A DNA stretch of 64,000 bases, taken from the NCBI GenBank assembly GCA_965226585.1, contig OZ245366.1, positions 960,001 through 1,024,000 of the forward strand. The letters run 5' to 3'. Positions 36,403 through 47,451 of the stretch are shown here, in pieces. The notes under the pieces are model-generated. The model was given only the letters and a program-made list of their open reading frames with translations. It was not told where the DNA came from and did no database searches. This stretch comes from Thermodesulfobacteriota bacterium. Its GTDB lineage: Bacteria > Desulfobacterota_D > UBA1144 > Nemesobacterales > Mycalebacteriaceae. The translations under genes were made by a program, and so were the position numbers. Positions within the stretch are counted from its first letter, which is position 1, and each line of letters opens with the position of its first letter.

Positions 36403-36648
36403 ATGCCTTGCTACGAATACGAATGCGCTAAATGCGGAGACAGATTTGAGTTTCTGCATCTTAACAAAAACGATGTCGCCAAGTGCGAAAAATGCGGAAC
36501 AAAAAAGGTGAAAAAACTCCTTTCCTCCTTCGGTTTCGGATTCAAGGGGTTTGGAGCGTCTCCCGCTCAACCGGCGGATGTTGCGGCGCCTGAAAGCGAA
36601 ACAGCTTCGGGCGGATGCTGTTCAAGTGAATCTTGCGGATGCTGCTGA
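36403..36648 (+). CDS. FmdB-family zinc ribbon protein with Cys-rich tail
   Basis: MP.YEYEC..CG..FE, C..CG, KLLS; tail GGCCSSESCGCC. Confidence 0.85.
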   Translation: MPCYEYECAKCGDRFEFLHLNKNDVAKCEKCGTKKVKKLLSSFGFGFKGFGASPAQPADVAAPESETASGGCCSSESCGCC

Positions 36649-36690
36649 AGACCCTCACAAAAAAATTACAAAAAAAAGAGAGAGAACAAA

Positions 36691-37977
36691 ATGGCAAAAA
36701 AAGACCTGAAACAATCTGCGCTTGAATACCACAAACAGGGAAGAAAAGGGAAACTTGAGGTTGTCCCCACAAAACCGTGTGAAACTCAGTGGGACTTGTC
36801 TCTCGCCTACTCACCCGGAGTGGCGGAGCCTTGCAGAGAGATAGAGAAGGATCCAGGCACCGCTTACGAATACACAAACAAAGGAAACCTTGTCGGCGTG
36901 ATTTCAAACGGAACCGCCGTTTTGGGGCTTGGCAACATCGGCGCGCTTGCGGGCAAGCCGGTTATGGAAGGTAAAGGCGTTCTTTTCAAAAAGTTTGCGG
37001 ATATTGACGCCTACGACATTGACATCAACTGCGAGGACGCCGACAAGTTCATTGAAATTGTTGAAAGCCTTGAGCCGACTTTCGGGGGAATCAACCTTGA
37101 AGACATCAAGGCGCCCGAATGTTTCAAAATTGAGAAGGAGCTTAAAGAGCGGATGAACATTCCGGTTTTTCACGATGACCAGCACGGAACGGCGATTATC
37201 TCCGGCGCGGGTCTGCTGAACGCGTGTGAGATTTCGGGCAAAAAGCTTGAAGATTTGACGATGGTTTTCAACGGCGCGGGAGCGTCTGCCATTGCTTGCG
37301 CGGAACTATTCATATCTCTGGGCGCGAAGAGGGAAAACATAATAATGTGCGACAGCCGGGGCGTTATCTACAAAGGGCGCGGTGAGGGAATGAACCCGCA
37401 GAAAGAGATGTTTGCCATTGACACGAAACACAGAACGGTGGAAGACGCGATGAAAGGCGCGCAGTGCTTTGTGGGGCTTTCAAACGGCGGCGCGGTAAGC
37501 CAGGACATGGTGAGAAGCATGGACAGCAACCCGATAATTTTCGCGATGGCGAACCCCGACCCTGAGATTTCATACGAAGACGCGACAAGCGCGCGGACTG
37601 ATGATGTGATTATGGCGACCGGAAGGTCTGACTATCCGAATCAGGTCAACAACGTGCTTGGATTTCCGTTTATTTTCCGCGGCGCGCTTGATGTGCGGGC
37701 GGAGGCGATAAACGAGGATATGAAGGTTGCCGCCGTGCGCGCGCTTGCCGCTCTCGCAAAGGAGCCGGTTCCCGCAAGCGTCATAAAGGCATATGGCGGA
37801 GACCCGATTGAGTTTTCTCCCGATTACATTGTGCCGAAGCCGTTTGACCCGCGTGTTCTGCCGTGGGAATCTGCGGCGGTTGCCGAAGCCGCGATTAAGA
37901 GCGGTGTGGCGAGAATCAAGATAGACACGAAGAAATACAAGCAGTCGCTTGAGAAGAAGATTCAGGACCAGATTTGA
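36691..37977 (+). CDS. NAD(P)-dependent malic enzyme, without a PTA domain
   Basis: [56 protein letters not shown]. Confidence 0.94.
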   Translation: MAKKDLKQSALEYHKQGRKGKLEVVPTKPCETQWDLSLAYSPGVAEPCREIEKDPGTAYEYTNKGNLVGVISNGTAVLGLGNIGALAGKPVMEGKGVLFKKFADIDAYDIDINCEDADKFIEIVESLEPTFGGINLEDIKAPECFKIEKELKERMNIPVFHDDQHGTAIISGAGLLNACEISGKKLEDLTMVFNGAGASAIACAELFISLGAKRENIIMCDSRGVIYKGRGEGMNPQKEMFAIDTKHRTVEDAMKGAQCFVGLSNGGAVSQDMVRSMDSNPIIFAMANPDPEISYEDATSARTDDVIMATGRSDYPNQVNNVLGFPFIFRGALDVRAEAINEDMKVAAVRALAALAKEPVPASVIKAYGGDPIEFSPDYIVPKPFDPRVLPWESAAVAEAAIKSGVARIKIDTKKYKQSLEKKIQDQI

Positions 37978-38621
37978 ATTTTCGCGCCGCCATCTTCGAC
38001 ATGGACGGGGTGCTGATAAACAGCGAACCTCTGTGGGAGAAGGCGGAAACACAACTGCTCAAATCAAAGGGCGTTACATACGACCCGCTTTTCAGAGACA
38101 GAGTTATAGGGCTCAGCCAGCGTGAGTTGTCGGAGTTGATAATCGGCGAGTTCGGGCTGGACTGTTCCGTGTCTCAACTGATAGATGAGAGGATGGAGTT
38201 TCTTTTCCGCATTTACGACAAAGAGTTGGAGATGTTTGACGGCGCAAAGTCCGTTATTGAGAGTGTGCGGAAAAGCGGAATGAAAACCGCCATTGCCTCC
38301 ACTTCCCCGATGAATGTAATTGAGTATGTGCTTGGAAAGTTTTCCCTTTCCGGTCTTTTTGACGCCGTTGTTTCCGGCGACTGCGTGGAGAAGGGAAAGC
38401 CCTCGCCCGATATATACCTGCTTGCGGCGGAAGGAATAGGCGTTGCGCCCGCAGATTGCGCCGCAATAGAAGATTCGCCCAGAGGCGTCCGCGCCGCCAT
38501 TTCGGCGGGAATGTTTTGTATTGCGATTCCCGATAAGCGGTTAAAAGAAGACGGGTTCGGGATTAGCAACGCGGTTTGCGCGGATATCAGGGAAGCGGGG
38601 GAGATGATTGTTTCAGTATAA
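37974..38621 (+). CDS. HAD-family phosphatase
   Basis: [27 protein letters not shown]. Confidence 0.88.
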   Translation: MNFRAAIFDMDGVLINSEPLWEKAETQLLKSKGVTYDPLFRDRVIGLSQRELSELIIGEFGLDCSVSQLIDERMEFLFRIYDKELEMFDGAKSVIESVRKSGMKTAIASTSPMNVIEYVLGKFSLSGLFDAVVSGDCVEKGKPSPDIYLLAAEGIGVAPADCAAIEDSPRGVRAAISAGMFCIAIPDKRLKEDGFGISNAVCADIREAGEMIVSV

Positions 38622-38659
38622 GCCCAAATTTTTACAATTACGGATTAAAAAAAGCGTCT

Positions 38660-40846
38660 TCATCTCTTGCGGGCAAGTTTCCTGATTAAATCCCGCGAAT
38701 GTTCAACAGACGGGGCGTAAAACTTCGCCTTGCTTGGACCCGCGCCGATTTTGATTGAATATGCGTCCGGAGGAAGTTCTGAAAACATATCCTCATCCGT
38801 CACGTCGTCTCCCACCGCCAGAGCAAACCCCCACTTTCCGTCCGAAAACCAGCGGCGAATGGAAGACCCCTTGTTGATTGAAAAGTTTCTGACCTCCACA
38901 ACCTTGTTTCCGCGCATAACCTTTACGCCAAGATTTTGCACCATGCCCGAAAGCGCCTCGTTTAACTCCCCCAGCCTCACGGCGGCAAGAGACGGCTCAA
39001 CCTTTCTGTAATGCCACGCAAGCGAGTGATTCTTTCTCTCAACAAACGAGCCCGGAGTCCTGTCCGTAAATATCTCAAACACAGACAAAATATCCCTCTT
39101 CCAGTCATCCGCGCCCGACACTGCGCGCTCCCATTTCGCGCCGTCTTTTATCCACGCTCCGTGCTCGGCAACAATCGCGTTACTCACGCCCCCAAGCCAT
39201 TTGGAAAGCGTTTTTCTGTCTCTGCCGCTCACAATCACAAGTTTTACTCGCGGATTTGACGAAAGCGCGCGAAGCGGTTTTTTTATCTCGTCATCGGGCT
39301 TTGCATCACCCGGATTTCCCCGAAACGGAACCAGCGTGCCGTCGTAGTCAAGAAGGATGATGGAGTTCCGGCTTGCCCGGAAACGCCGGACAATTCCGTC
39401 CGCCGCCTTTGCGGAAAGAAGTTTTGAAGACATCTCCCCCTGCCGCCGCTTTACCAGACTCAATTTGTCCAGAAAATCATTCTTCCAGCGCACAAGGTCG
39501 TATCTGACAAGCCGCTCTCTCATCGCCTTCATGGCGGTTTTTCGCTCTGCCGCGGGCATTTCAAGCGCGGCGCGCAGGGCGGCGGACACCTTTGAAATAT
39601 CGTTCGGATTAACGATAAACGCCTCGCCCAGCTCCCTTGAAGTTCCCGCCATCTCGCTGAGGATAAGCGCCCCAAGCCCGTCTGCGCGAGACGCGACATA
39701 CTCTTTCGCGATAAGATTCATTCCGTCTCTTGAAGGGGTGATGAACAGAACATCGGCGATTGAATACAGCGAAATCATTCCCTGAAAATTGAATGAGCGG
39801 TAGAGATATTTAACCGGCTCCCGGTTCAGCGTTCCCCACTTGCCGTTTATCTCGCTCACCATGCGCTCAATTTTTGAACGGAGATCCCGGTAGCTTTCAA
39901 CACCCGTTCGCGAGGGAACAACCACAAGCAGAAGCACCGCCCGCCCGCGCCACTTGGGATTTTCTTCAAGGAACCGCCCGAATGCTTCAAGCCGTTTTTC
40001 CACGCCCTTTGTGTAATCCAGCCTGTCTATTGAGAGAATCATCTTACAGTTGCGGGGAAACATACTTTTCTTTTTCTCTATGCTTTTTTTGACCGACTCA
40101 AGGCGCGGGGCGGAAGAAAACTTTTTCACATCCACGCCCATCGGGAACATATCCGCCTTCACCAGCCGCCCGTCCACCTCAAAAACACCAAGCGTGTTCT
40201 CAATCCCGGACACCCTTCTCACGCTTTCTGAAAAATGCCGTACGTAGTCAAAAGTGTGAAAACCCGCAAGATCCGTTCCAAGCAAACCGTCCAGTATTTC
40301 CCGGCACTGCGGTATCAGCCTGAACAATTCGGATGAGGGAAACGGTGTGTGCAGAAAAAATCCTATCTCCGCAGACGGAAGCCGTTTTCTAAGCAGAGAC
40401 GGAAGAAGCATAAGGTGATAGTCATGCACCCAGATTGTGTCGCCGCCCCGCGCAACCTGCAAAACGGCGCGCGCGAATTTTTCGTTCACCTTCCGGTAGG
40501 CTTCGTAAAAACGCTCGTCATAAACGGCAAACTGCGGAAAGTAGTGAAAGAGCGGCCAAAGGGTTGAGTTGCAAAAACCGTTGTAGTATCCGTCCGTCTC
40601 CTGTTCGCTGAGAAACACGGGAACAAGGTTTTTTTTGCCGAGAGAGCGGGTGATGTCTCGCGCCTTTTCGCCCTCTGGAGACGGAATGCCGGGCCAGCCC
40701 ACCCAAACGCTTTTCGCCCCGAAATTCAGCCCCCCTATTCCGGTCGCAACTCCGCCGACATTGGGCTTGAGCGTAAACCCGCCGTCTGCGCGAGGAGACG
40801 CTGAAACGGGAAGGCGGTTTGAAACTGTGATGATTTTTTTCGCCAT
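38660..40846 (-). CDS. Bifunctional trehalose-6-phosphate synthase/phosphatase
   Basis: GT20 motifs VSNRLP, WVHDYHL, FLHTPFPS, DRLDYTKG, RDGMNL; HAD domain LDYDGTL and GDDVTDEDMF. Confidence 0.95.
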   Translation of the reverse strand: MAKKIITVSNRLPVSASPRADGGFTLKPNVGGVATGIGGLNFGAKSVWVGWPGIPSPEGEKARDITRSLGKKNLVPVFLSEQETDGYYNGFCNSTLWPLFHYFPQFAVYDERFYEAYRKVNEKFARAVLQVARGGDTIWVHDYHLMLLPSLLRKRLPSAEIGFFLHTPFPSSELFRLIPQCREILDGLLGTDLAGFHTFDYVRHFSESVRRVSGIENTLGVFEVDGRLVKADMFPMGVDVKKFSSAPRLESVKKSIEKKKSMFPRNCKMILSIDRLDYTKGVEKRLEAFGRFLEENPKWRGRAVLLLVVVPSRTGVESYRDLRSKIERMVSEINGKWGTLNREPVKYLYRSFNFQGMISLYSIADVLFITPSRDGMNLIAKEYVASRADGLGALILSEMAGTSRELGEAFIVNPNDISKVSAALRAALEMPAAERKTAMKAMRERLVRYDLVRWKNDFLDKLSLVKRRQGEMSSKLLSAKAADGIVRRFRASRNSIILLDYDGTLVPFRGNPGDAKPDDEIKKPLRALSSNPRVKLVIVSGRDRKTLSKWLGGVSNAIVAEHGAWIKDGAKWERAVSGADDWKRDILSVFEIFTDRTPGSFVERKNHSLAWHYRKVEPSLAAVRLGELNEALSGMVQNLGVKVMRGNKVVEVRNFSINKGSSIRRWFSDGKWGFALAVGDDVTDEDMFSELPPDAYSIKIGAGPSKAKFYAPSVEHSRDLIRKLARKR

Positions 40847-40922
40847 ACGGAGCGGCGCGCGTAACGAACTGTGCCTGTTGGCAATGCGCTTCGGTATATA
40901 ATACTATACGCTGGCAGACGCT

Positions 40923-41462
40923 ATGAGAATAATAACACGAACGCTCAGCGCGGCCCTTATTGCGGTCGTCGCCGTCCTGATTGTGTATTCTTTCGACAAA
41001 CGTCTGTCCGGGCAGAGGGGCATTTGGCCTCAGTCGCCGCTTGTTGGACAGCCCGCCCCCGAGATGTCGCTGAAAATGTTTGACGGCAAAACTTTCAATT
41101 TAAGCGAGACAAAAGGCAAAGTTGTGGTGCTGAACTTCTGGGCTTCGTGGTGTCTGCCGTGCGCGGAGGAAGTGAAGGATTTCAACAAAGCGCAGAAAAA
41201 ATACGGCGGAAATGTTGTTTTTATCGGAGTCAACGTAATGGACGATATGGAAGAGGCTCTTGAGTTCACCGCGGAATTCAAAACGCTATACCCAAGCGGT
41301 TATGACGAGAGCAAAGCGGTTCACGTCAACTACGGGGTTGCCGGAGTGCCCGAAACTTTTTTCATTGGCAGGGACGGAACGATAAAAGACAAAATATCCG
41401 GACCCGCAACATACTCCCGAATATCAAAGGCGATAGTGTCCGTCTCCGGAGGGCGGAACTGA
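40923..41462 (+). CDS. TlpA/ResA-type thiol-disulfide oxidoreductase
   Basis: N-terminal anchor, VLNFWASWCLPC, YGVAGVPETF. Confidence 0.9.
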   Translation: MRIITRTLSAALIAVVAVLIVYSFDKRLSGQRGIWPQSPLVGQPAPEMSLKMFDGKTFNLSETKGKVVVLNFWASWCLPCAEEVKDFNKAQKKYGGNVVFIGVNVMDDMEEALEFTAEFKTLYPSGYDESKAVHVNYGVAGVPETFFIGRDGTIKDKISGPATYSRISKAIVSVSGGRN

Positions 41463-41470
41463 TACGGTAA

Positions 41471-42952
41471 ATGAGTTTTTCCACCCTGCTACAAAACGCT
41501 CTGCTGATAAGCCCGGAAATTATAGTTTCGGTTGCCGGACTTGCGCTTGCCGTGCTCGCGCCCATTTTGAAACAAACTCCCCGGAGCAAACGCTCGGCAA
41601 TTTTCTCTTCGGTCGCAATAGCGGGGTTTGCCGCCGCCTTCGCTCTGAACACGGGCAGATTTGACGGCGTTCAAACTGCGTTTTCGGGTTCCCTGTCGCT
41701 CGACACTTTTGCCGGATTCTTCAACTCAGTTTTTCTCATAAACGCCGCCGCCGTAACATTTTTCGCTCTGTCATACACACGGGAGCCGGAAAGACTTGGC
41801 GAGTTTCTCGCCCTTTCCGCCTTCTGTACCGCCGCGATGATGCTGATGACGGAATCGGTGGAATTCATCTCCCTGTTCGTGGCGTTTGAAACCATGTCAA
41901 TCTGCGCCTACGCGCTTTCGGCGTTTTCGTCCAGAGCGTTTCCGTCTGCGGAATCGGGAATTAAATACCTTGTTACCGGAGGTTTTTCGTCCGCCGTTAT
42001 GCTGTTTGGCATAGCCCTTTTCTACGGCGCTGCCGGAAGCCTGCGGTTTGATGAGATAGGCGCGGCGTTTGCGGCTTCCCCGTCAAACCCGATGCTGATA
42101 ACCGGCGCGGCTCTTGTTCTTTCGGGCTTTATCTTCAAAGTCGGCGGCGCGCCTCTGCACCAGTGGATTCCTGATGTGTATCACGGCGCGCCTCTGCCCG
42201 CCGCCGCTTTTATGTCTGTCGGCGTCAAGGTTGCGGCGTTTGCGGTTCTGGCAAGATTTATCGTGCAGATAGGTGAGTTCGGAGACTGGGCTTTTCCTCT
42301 GGTTCTCACCGTTGTGGCGGTTGCCACGATGACCGCCGGCAACATTGCCGCGATAGCCCAGAGCAATGTAAAAAGAATGCTCGCCTATTCAAGTGTTGCG
42401 CATGTGGGATACGGATTTGTCGGCATCGCGGCGTATCTTGCCGCGCAGAATACGGACGGGCTTTCGGGGCTTTTCTACTACATGTGCGCCTACGCCGTAA
42501 TGAGCCTCGGCGCGTTCGGCATTTTGTCTTTGATTAGCGGAGATGAAAACGAGTGTCAGACTTTCAGCGACATTGCCGGTTTGTGGAGAACAAAACCCGC
42601 GGTTGCCGCCGGGCTCGCGGTTTTTATGTTCTCGCTCGCGGGAATACCGCCCACCATCGGGTTTTTCGCGAAATACAGGGTTTTCCTTCCCGCCGCGCAG
42701 GAGGGAATGTTGTGGCTTGTGCTTGTGGCTCTTGTCAACAGCGTTGTTTCCGCCTACTACTACCTGAAGGTTCTGGTTTTTGTTTTTATGAAACCCGTTT
42801 CAAAACAGCAGACCGTAAAGACTGTGCCCGCGGGGATTGGAGCGCAAGCCGTTCTCGCCCTGCTCTGTATCGCAACCCTTTTACTGGGCGTGTTTCCGAT
42901 GTATTCTGCTGAAATGGCGGATGCCGCCGCGCAGGCGCTGACTCTCAAATGA
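41471..42952 (+). CDS. nuoN: NADH-quinone oxidoreductase subunit N
   Basis: ESGIKY, FKVG.APLHQWIPDVYHGAP, KRMLAYSSVAH, SLAGIPPT.GF. Confidence 0.94.
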   Translation: MSFSTLLQNALLISPEIIVSVAGLALAVLAPILKQTPRSKRSAIFSSVAIAGFAAAFALNTGRFDGVQTAFSGSLSLDTFAGFFNSVFLINAAAVTFFALSYTREPERLGEFLALSAFCTAAMMLMTESVEFISLFVAFETMSICAYALSAFSSRAFPSAESGIKYLVTGGFSSAVMLFGIALFYGAAGSLRFDEIGAAFAASPSNPMLITGAALVLSGFIFKVGGAPLHQWIPDVYHGAPLPAAAFMSVGVKVAAFAVLARFIVQIGEFGDWAFPLVLTVVAVATMTAGNIAAIAQSNVKRMLAYSSVAHVGYGFVGIAAYLAAQNTDGLSGLFYYMCAYAVMSLGAFGILSLISGDENECQTFSDIAGLWRTKPAVAAGLAVFMFSLAGIPPTIGFFAKYRVFLPAAQEGMLWLVLVALVNSVVSAYYYLKVLVFVFMKPVSKQQTVKTVPAGIGAQAVLALLCIATLLLGVFPMYSAEMADAAAQALTLK

Positions 42953-45237
42953 CAACAAAAAAAGGCGGATTTCAAAATGAAGCATGGGCGGTTCTGCTCT
43001 TCCTGTTTGGAATGGTTGTAGCCGCGAGCCTTGTTATGGGCGGCTCTCTCTCCCCGTCCGGCGGAGGCCCGGTGGGCTGGGTTGGAAAAAACATATCGTG
43101 GGGTCTGTCCTATGCGTTTGGGGTCTCGTCATGGCTGATAGCCGCCGGATGCGTTTATTTCTGCTTCCGTTTTCTGTTTTCCGCCCCCGCAAGAAACGAC
43201 TTGCTCAAAGATGTTGCGGCGTTTCTGGGGCTTGCGGTTTCATCCGCTCTTTTTGCCGCTCTCGCCCTTGAGGGTATTTTCGTGAACCATCTCACCTCTT
43301 ACGGAGCCGGCGGCATAGCCGGAAAGTTTATTATGTCTTTCACGGTTGACAGCATGGGAACGTTCGGCTCCCACCTTATCGCGCTGTCTGCTTTCACCGC
43401 TTGCGCGGCTTTTCTCTCTCGCACCAGTCTGCGTTCGGCTCTGGAACTTATTTTCAAGGCGGTAAAAGCCCTTTCCAGAGCGATAAAAGTTGTGTCTGCG
43501 GCGGTTGGCGCGGCGGCGTTCAAGGCGGCTGTTTTCCTTGTTTCCCGTTTCTATACTGCGGGCAAATATCTGTTTTTCCTCATTTACAGAGTCGTGAAAG
43601 AGCGTCTTGAAAAGAGAAAAGAAAAACCCGTTATCAAAAAAGACAAAGGACCCGCCGTTCCTCCCTCGCCGCCGGTGAAGATTCAAAAGCCGGAGGAGAA
43701 ATCCCCGCAAGCCCCTCCGCAGATAGTTGTCAGAGAGGAAGACAAAAAACAGACCGCTTCGGAGATTGCCGGAAAAAACGGGGAGGAAAAACCCCGCAAG
43801 CGCGGATTTGTACTGCCGCCAATAGACCTTCTGGAAAGGCCGCCCGCTGGAAAAATAGAGGTGGACAGTCAGGCGGCTTACGAAAAAGCCCGCAGTATAG
43901 AGGAGAAACTGGAGAGCTTTAACGTCTCCGGCAAAGTAACGGAAATTAGACCCGGTCCCGTGATAACGATGTTTGAATACAAGCCCGCCGAAGGCGTAAG
44001 GGTGAGCAGAATCGCCCAGCTTGAAGACGACCTCGCAATGAGCCTGAGCGCGAGCAGTATAAGAATCATATCGCCAATTCCGGGAAAAGACGTTGTAGGC
44101 ATAGAGGTTCCCAACGGCGAGCGGGAGCCCGTGTGCCTCAGAGAGATAATTGAGCACGGCGATTTTTCCGCGAACAAGTCGCTTCTGACAATCGCGGTTG
44201 GAAAAGACATTGCCGGAAAACCGTATTACACAGACCTTGCCACCGCCCCGCACCTTATGATTGCCGGAACAACGGGTTCGGGCAAAAGTGTTCTTTTGAA
44301 CTCACTGCTCGCGAGCTTTTTCTACAAAGCGGGCCCAGACCGTCTGCGCCTTCTTATGATAGACCCCAAGATGCTTGAGTTCGCCATTTATGAAAACATC
44401 CCGCACCTTCTGCACCCGATTGTTACGGAGCCGCGAAAGGCGGTTTCCGCGCTCAAATGGGCTGTGGCGGAAATGGAAAACAGATACAAAATTCTGTCTC
44501 AAGAGGGAGTGAGAAGCATAGACTCCTACAACACGAAAATTGAAAAAACCGAAGGCGCGGACTCGCCAAAAATTCTTCCCTACATAGTGATACTTATAGA
44601 CGAACTTGCCGACCTGATGATGACTGCGGCGGCGGACACACGCGACACCATAATACGGATAGCCCAGAAAGCGCGGGCGGCGGGAATTCACCTTGTTGTG
44701 GCAACCCAGCGTCCCAGCGCGGATGTTGTATCGGGACTGCTGAAAGCAAACATACCGGCGCGAATTTCGTTTCTTGTGTCAACAAAAACAGATTCCAGAG
44801 TTGTTCTTGACGCAAACGGGGCGGAGAGTCTTCTCGGCAAAGGAGACATGCTTTTCCTGAAACCCGGAACCAGTTTCCTTGAAAGAATTCAGGGCGCGCT
44901 GATAACCGATGACGAGAGGGAAAAAATTGTGGACTTCCTCAAAACGCAGGGAGAGCCGGAGTTTGACGGTAAAGTGGCGGAAGCCATAAACAAAGCGGCG
45001 GAGCCTGAAAACGCGGGAGACGGCGGAGACGAGGAAGATGACGGAATGTATCCCGAAGCGCTCGCCATTGCGCGTGAGGCGGGAAGCGTTTCAATCTCAA
45101 TGCTCCAGCGCCGCCTGAAAATCGGATACAACCGCGCCGCCACAATTGTGGAGAGAATGGAAAGAGAGGGAATAATCGGCGAACCCCAGGGAGCGGGCAA
45201 ACCGAGAGAGGTTATCGCTCAAGCGGAAGACGGATAA
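42949..45237 (+). CDS. ftsK: DNA translocase FtsK
   Basis: N-terminal transmembrane domain, PHLMIAGTTGSGKS, IDELADLM, ATQRPS, gamma domain SMLQRRLKIGYNRAA. Confidence 0.96.
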   Translation: MTTKKGGFQNEAWAVLLFLFGMVVAASLVMGGSLSPSGGGPVGWVGKNISWGLSYAFGVSSWLIAAGCVYFCFRFLFSAPARNDLLKDVAAFLGLAVSSALFAALALEGIFVNHLTSYGAGGIAGKFIMSFTVDSMGTFGSHLIALSAFTACAAFLSRTSLRSALELIFKAVKALSRAIKVVSAAVGAAAFKAAVFLVSRFYTAGKYLFFLIYRVVKERLEKRKEKPVIKKDKGPAVPPSPPVKIQKPEEKSPQAPPQIVVREEDKKQTASEIAGKNGEEKPRKRGFVLPPIDLLERPPAGKIEVDSQAAYEKARSIEEKLESFNVSGKVTEIRPGPVITMFEYKPAEGVRVSRIAQLEDDLAMSLSASSIRIISPIPGKDVVGIEVPNGEREPVCLREIIEHGDFSANKSLLTIAVGKDIAGKPYYTDLATAPHLMIAGTTGSGKSVLLNSLLASFFYKAGPDRLRLLMIDPKMLEFAIYENIPHLLHPIVTEPRKAVSALKWAVAEMENRYKILSQEGVRSIDSYNTKIEKTEGADSPKILPYIVILIDELADLMMTAAADTRDTIIRIAQKARAAGIHLVVATQRPSADVVSGLLKANIPARISFLVSTKTDSRVVLDANGAESLLGKGDMLFLKPGTSFLERIQGALITDDEREKIVDFLKTQGEPEFDGKVAEAINKAAEPENAGDGGDEEDDGMYPEALAIAREAGSVSISMLQRRLKIGYNRAATIVERMEREGIIGEPQGAGKPREVIAQAEDG

Positions 45238-45244
45238 TTTCCGC

Positions 45245-46456
45245 CTACCTGTCAACCTCGCCAAGCACTATGTCTATACTGCCCAGAGCGGCAACAACAT
45301 CGCCAAGATACGCGCCTTCAAGCATCGGCGCGAGCGCCTGAAGATTTACAAACGAAGGACCCCTCACGCGCATACGGTAGGGTTTTTTCGTCCCGTCACT
45401 CACAAGGTAGTAGCCAAGTTCCCCTTTGGGATTTTCAACCGCGTGATACGCCTCGCCTGCGGGCGGGGAAAAACCGTCATACACAAGAACAAAATGGCGT
45501 ATAAGCGATTCCATTTTCGTGTAGACCTCCTGTTTTTCGGGAAGAACTATGTCCGGCAGGTCGGCAATCCAGCGTCCGCCGGGCAGGTTGTCTATTGCCT
45601 GTTTGATAATTCTCACGCTCTGCCTGCATTCTTCCATTCTGCACAGATAGCGTGAATAGGCGTCTCCGTCTTCGCCGACTATGACGTCAAAATCGTAGTT
45701 TTCGTAGCCGAGATACGGCTTTGATTTTCGCAAATCAAACTCCACGCCGCTTCCCCTGAGCGTGGGTCCCGAAAGCCCCCAGTCAATCGCATCTTCCGCG
45801 CTTATAACGGCTATGCCTTTTGTTCTTTCAAGCCAGATGCCGTTTTTTGTGAGAAGTTTGTCAACCTCGTCCAGAGTTTTCGGAAACTCTTTGACGAAGT
45901 TGTTCACGGCTTCGCTGAAACCGTCCGGCAGTTCTGCGGGAAGCCCGCCCACCCTCGGATAAGAGGTGGTCATTCTGGCTCCGCACACCATTTCAAGAAT
46001 GTCGTAAATCCTCTCGCGCTCTTTGAAGCAATACATAAACGAACTGAACGCGCCCAAATCCAGCGCGCCCGTTCCGATGCCCACCATATGCGACTCTATC
46101 CTGCCGAGCTCAAACAAAATCACTTCGGCGGCTTTCGCCCGTTCGGGAATCTCATCCTGAATATCCAGCAGTTTTTCAACGGCGAGGATAAAACCTATGT
46201 TGTTGCAAATGGCGGCAAGGTAGTCCATCCGGTCGGTGTAGGGAAGGCATTGCTGGTAGGTGATGTTTTCGCACAGTTTTTCTATGCCTCTGTGCAGATA
46301 GCCGATGTGCGGAACGGTTTTGCGTATCACCTCTCCGTCAAGATTCAAAACTATGCGCAAAACCCCGTGAGTTGCCGGATGCTGGGGACCCATGTTGAGG
46401 ATCATCTCCCTGCCGTCTGTGCCACCGTCATCAGTAATAAACTGAACGCGCTCCAT
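45245..46456 (-). CDS. nuoD: NADH-quinone oxidoreductase subunit D
   Basis: NMGPQHPATHGVLR, GYLHRGIEK, C-terminal GEVDR. Confidence 0.97.
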   Translation of the reverse strand: MERVQFITDDGGTDGREMILNMGPQHPATHGVLRIVLNLDGEVIRKTVPHIGYLHRGIEKLCENITYQQCLPYTDRMDYLAAICNNIGFILAVEKLLDIQDEIPERAKAAEVILFELGRIESHMVGIGTGALDLGAFSSFMYCFKERERIYDILEMVCGARMTTSYPRVGGLPAELPDGFSEAVNNFVKEFPKTLDEVDKLLTKNGIWLERTKGIAVISAEDAIDWGLSGPTLRGSGVEFDLRKSKPYLGYENYDFDVIVGEDGDAYSRYLCRMEECRQSVRIIKQAIDNLPGGRWIADLPDIVLPEKQEVYTKMESLIRHFVLVYDGFSPPAGEAYHAVENPKGELGYYLVSDGTKKPYRMRVRGPSFVNLQALAPMLEGAYLGDVVAALGSIDIVLGEVDR

Positions 46457-46969
46457 TTAGAAGTTGCCTTCCTTGAGCGCCTTTTCAAAAGAGCGTTTTG
46501 CGGGCTCACGGTCGCGCACGTCAAAATCTTTGCGGAGCGGAAACCCTTCGTAGTTTCCGTCAAGAAGTATCCGCCTCATGTCGGGATGCCCTTCAAACCT
46601 TATTCCGAACATGTCAAAAACCTCTCTTTCAAGCCAGTCCGCCCCTCTCCAAACGGAAGTTACAGAATCCACAACGGGCGATTCCGCCGTGAGCGCGACT
46701 TTCAGAAAAACCCTTAACTCTTCGTTGTAGGACGAATCAAAACGGACTGTGTTGTAGATAACCTCAAAACGCGCGCCGGCTTTTTCTCGGAGATAGTCCA
46801 CCGCCGTAATGTCTGACAGATAGACAAACGCGAAATCCTTTTTCAGCGTAAGGCAGACCTGCTTTACCTCTTCCGCCGGAATAAGAAAAAACGGCTCCCC
46901 TCCCCTCATCTCTCCCGAAGAGACGGCGGCTGCGGAAAGAGCCCGCTCAATGGATGAGGCAACGCTCAT
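46457..46969 (-). CDS. nuoC: NADH-quinone oxidoreductase subunit C
   Basis: [29 protein letters not shown] 46969 overlaps the nuoB stop. Confidence 0.94.
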   Translation of the reverse strand: MSVASSIERALSAAAVSSGEMRGGEPFFLIPAEEVKQVCLTLKKDFAFVYLSDITAVDYLREKAGARFEVIYNTVRFDSSYNEELRVFLKVALTAESPVVDSVTSVWRGADWLEREVFDMFGIRFEGHPDMRRILLDGNYEGFPLRKDFDVRDREPAKRSFEKALKEGNF

Positions 46970-47451
46970 TTCAGGGGCGCGCCTTCGTTCTCTATTTTTT
47001 TCTGTATCTTCATCACGGCGTCCAGAAGGGCTTCCGGACGCGGCGGGCATCCGCCGACATAAACATCAACCGGCAGAAATTCGTCTATTCCCTGAACCAC
47101 GGCGTAACTGTCAAAAGGGCCTCCGCCGCAAGTGCATGAACCCATCGCTATAACCCATTTCGGCTCCGGCATCTGGTCGTAAATCTTCCTGCACACAGAA
47201 GCCATTTTGTAGGTTATTGTGCCGGAAACTATCATCAAATCCGCCTGCCGGGGCGAAAACCGCGCCACCTCCGCGCCGAATCTCGCCATGTCATAGCGAG
47301 ACGCAAGCGCGCCCATCATCTCAATCGCGCAACACGCCGTTCCAAGCGGCATGGGCCACAAACTGTTTTTTCTTGACCAGTTCACAAAGGCGGAAACCTT
47401 TGTTGAAATAAAGCCGTCTCCGCCGAGAAGGTCGCCGCTGTTTATCGCCAA
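46966..47451 (-). CDS. nuoB: NADH-quinone oxidoreductase subunit B
   Basis: [24 protein letters not shown]. Confidence 0.97.
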   Translation of the reverse strand: MAINSGDLLGGDGFISTKVSAFVNWSRKNSLWPMPLGTACCAIEMMGALASRYDMARFGAEVARFSPRQADLMIVSGTITYKMASVCRKIYDQMPEPKWVIAMGSCTCGGGPFDSYAVVQGIDEFLPVDVYVGGCPPRPEALLDAVMKIQKKIENEGAPLK

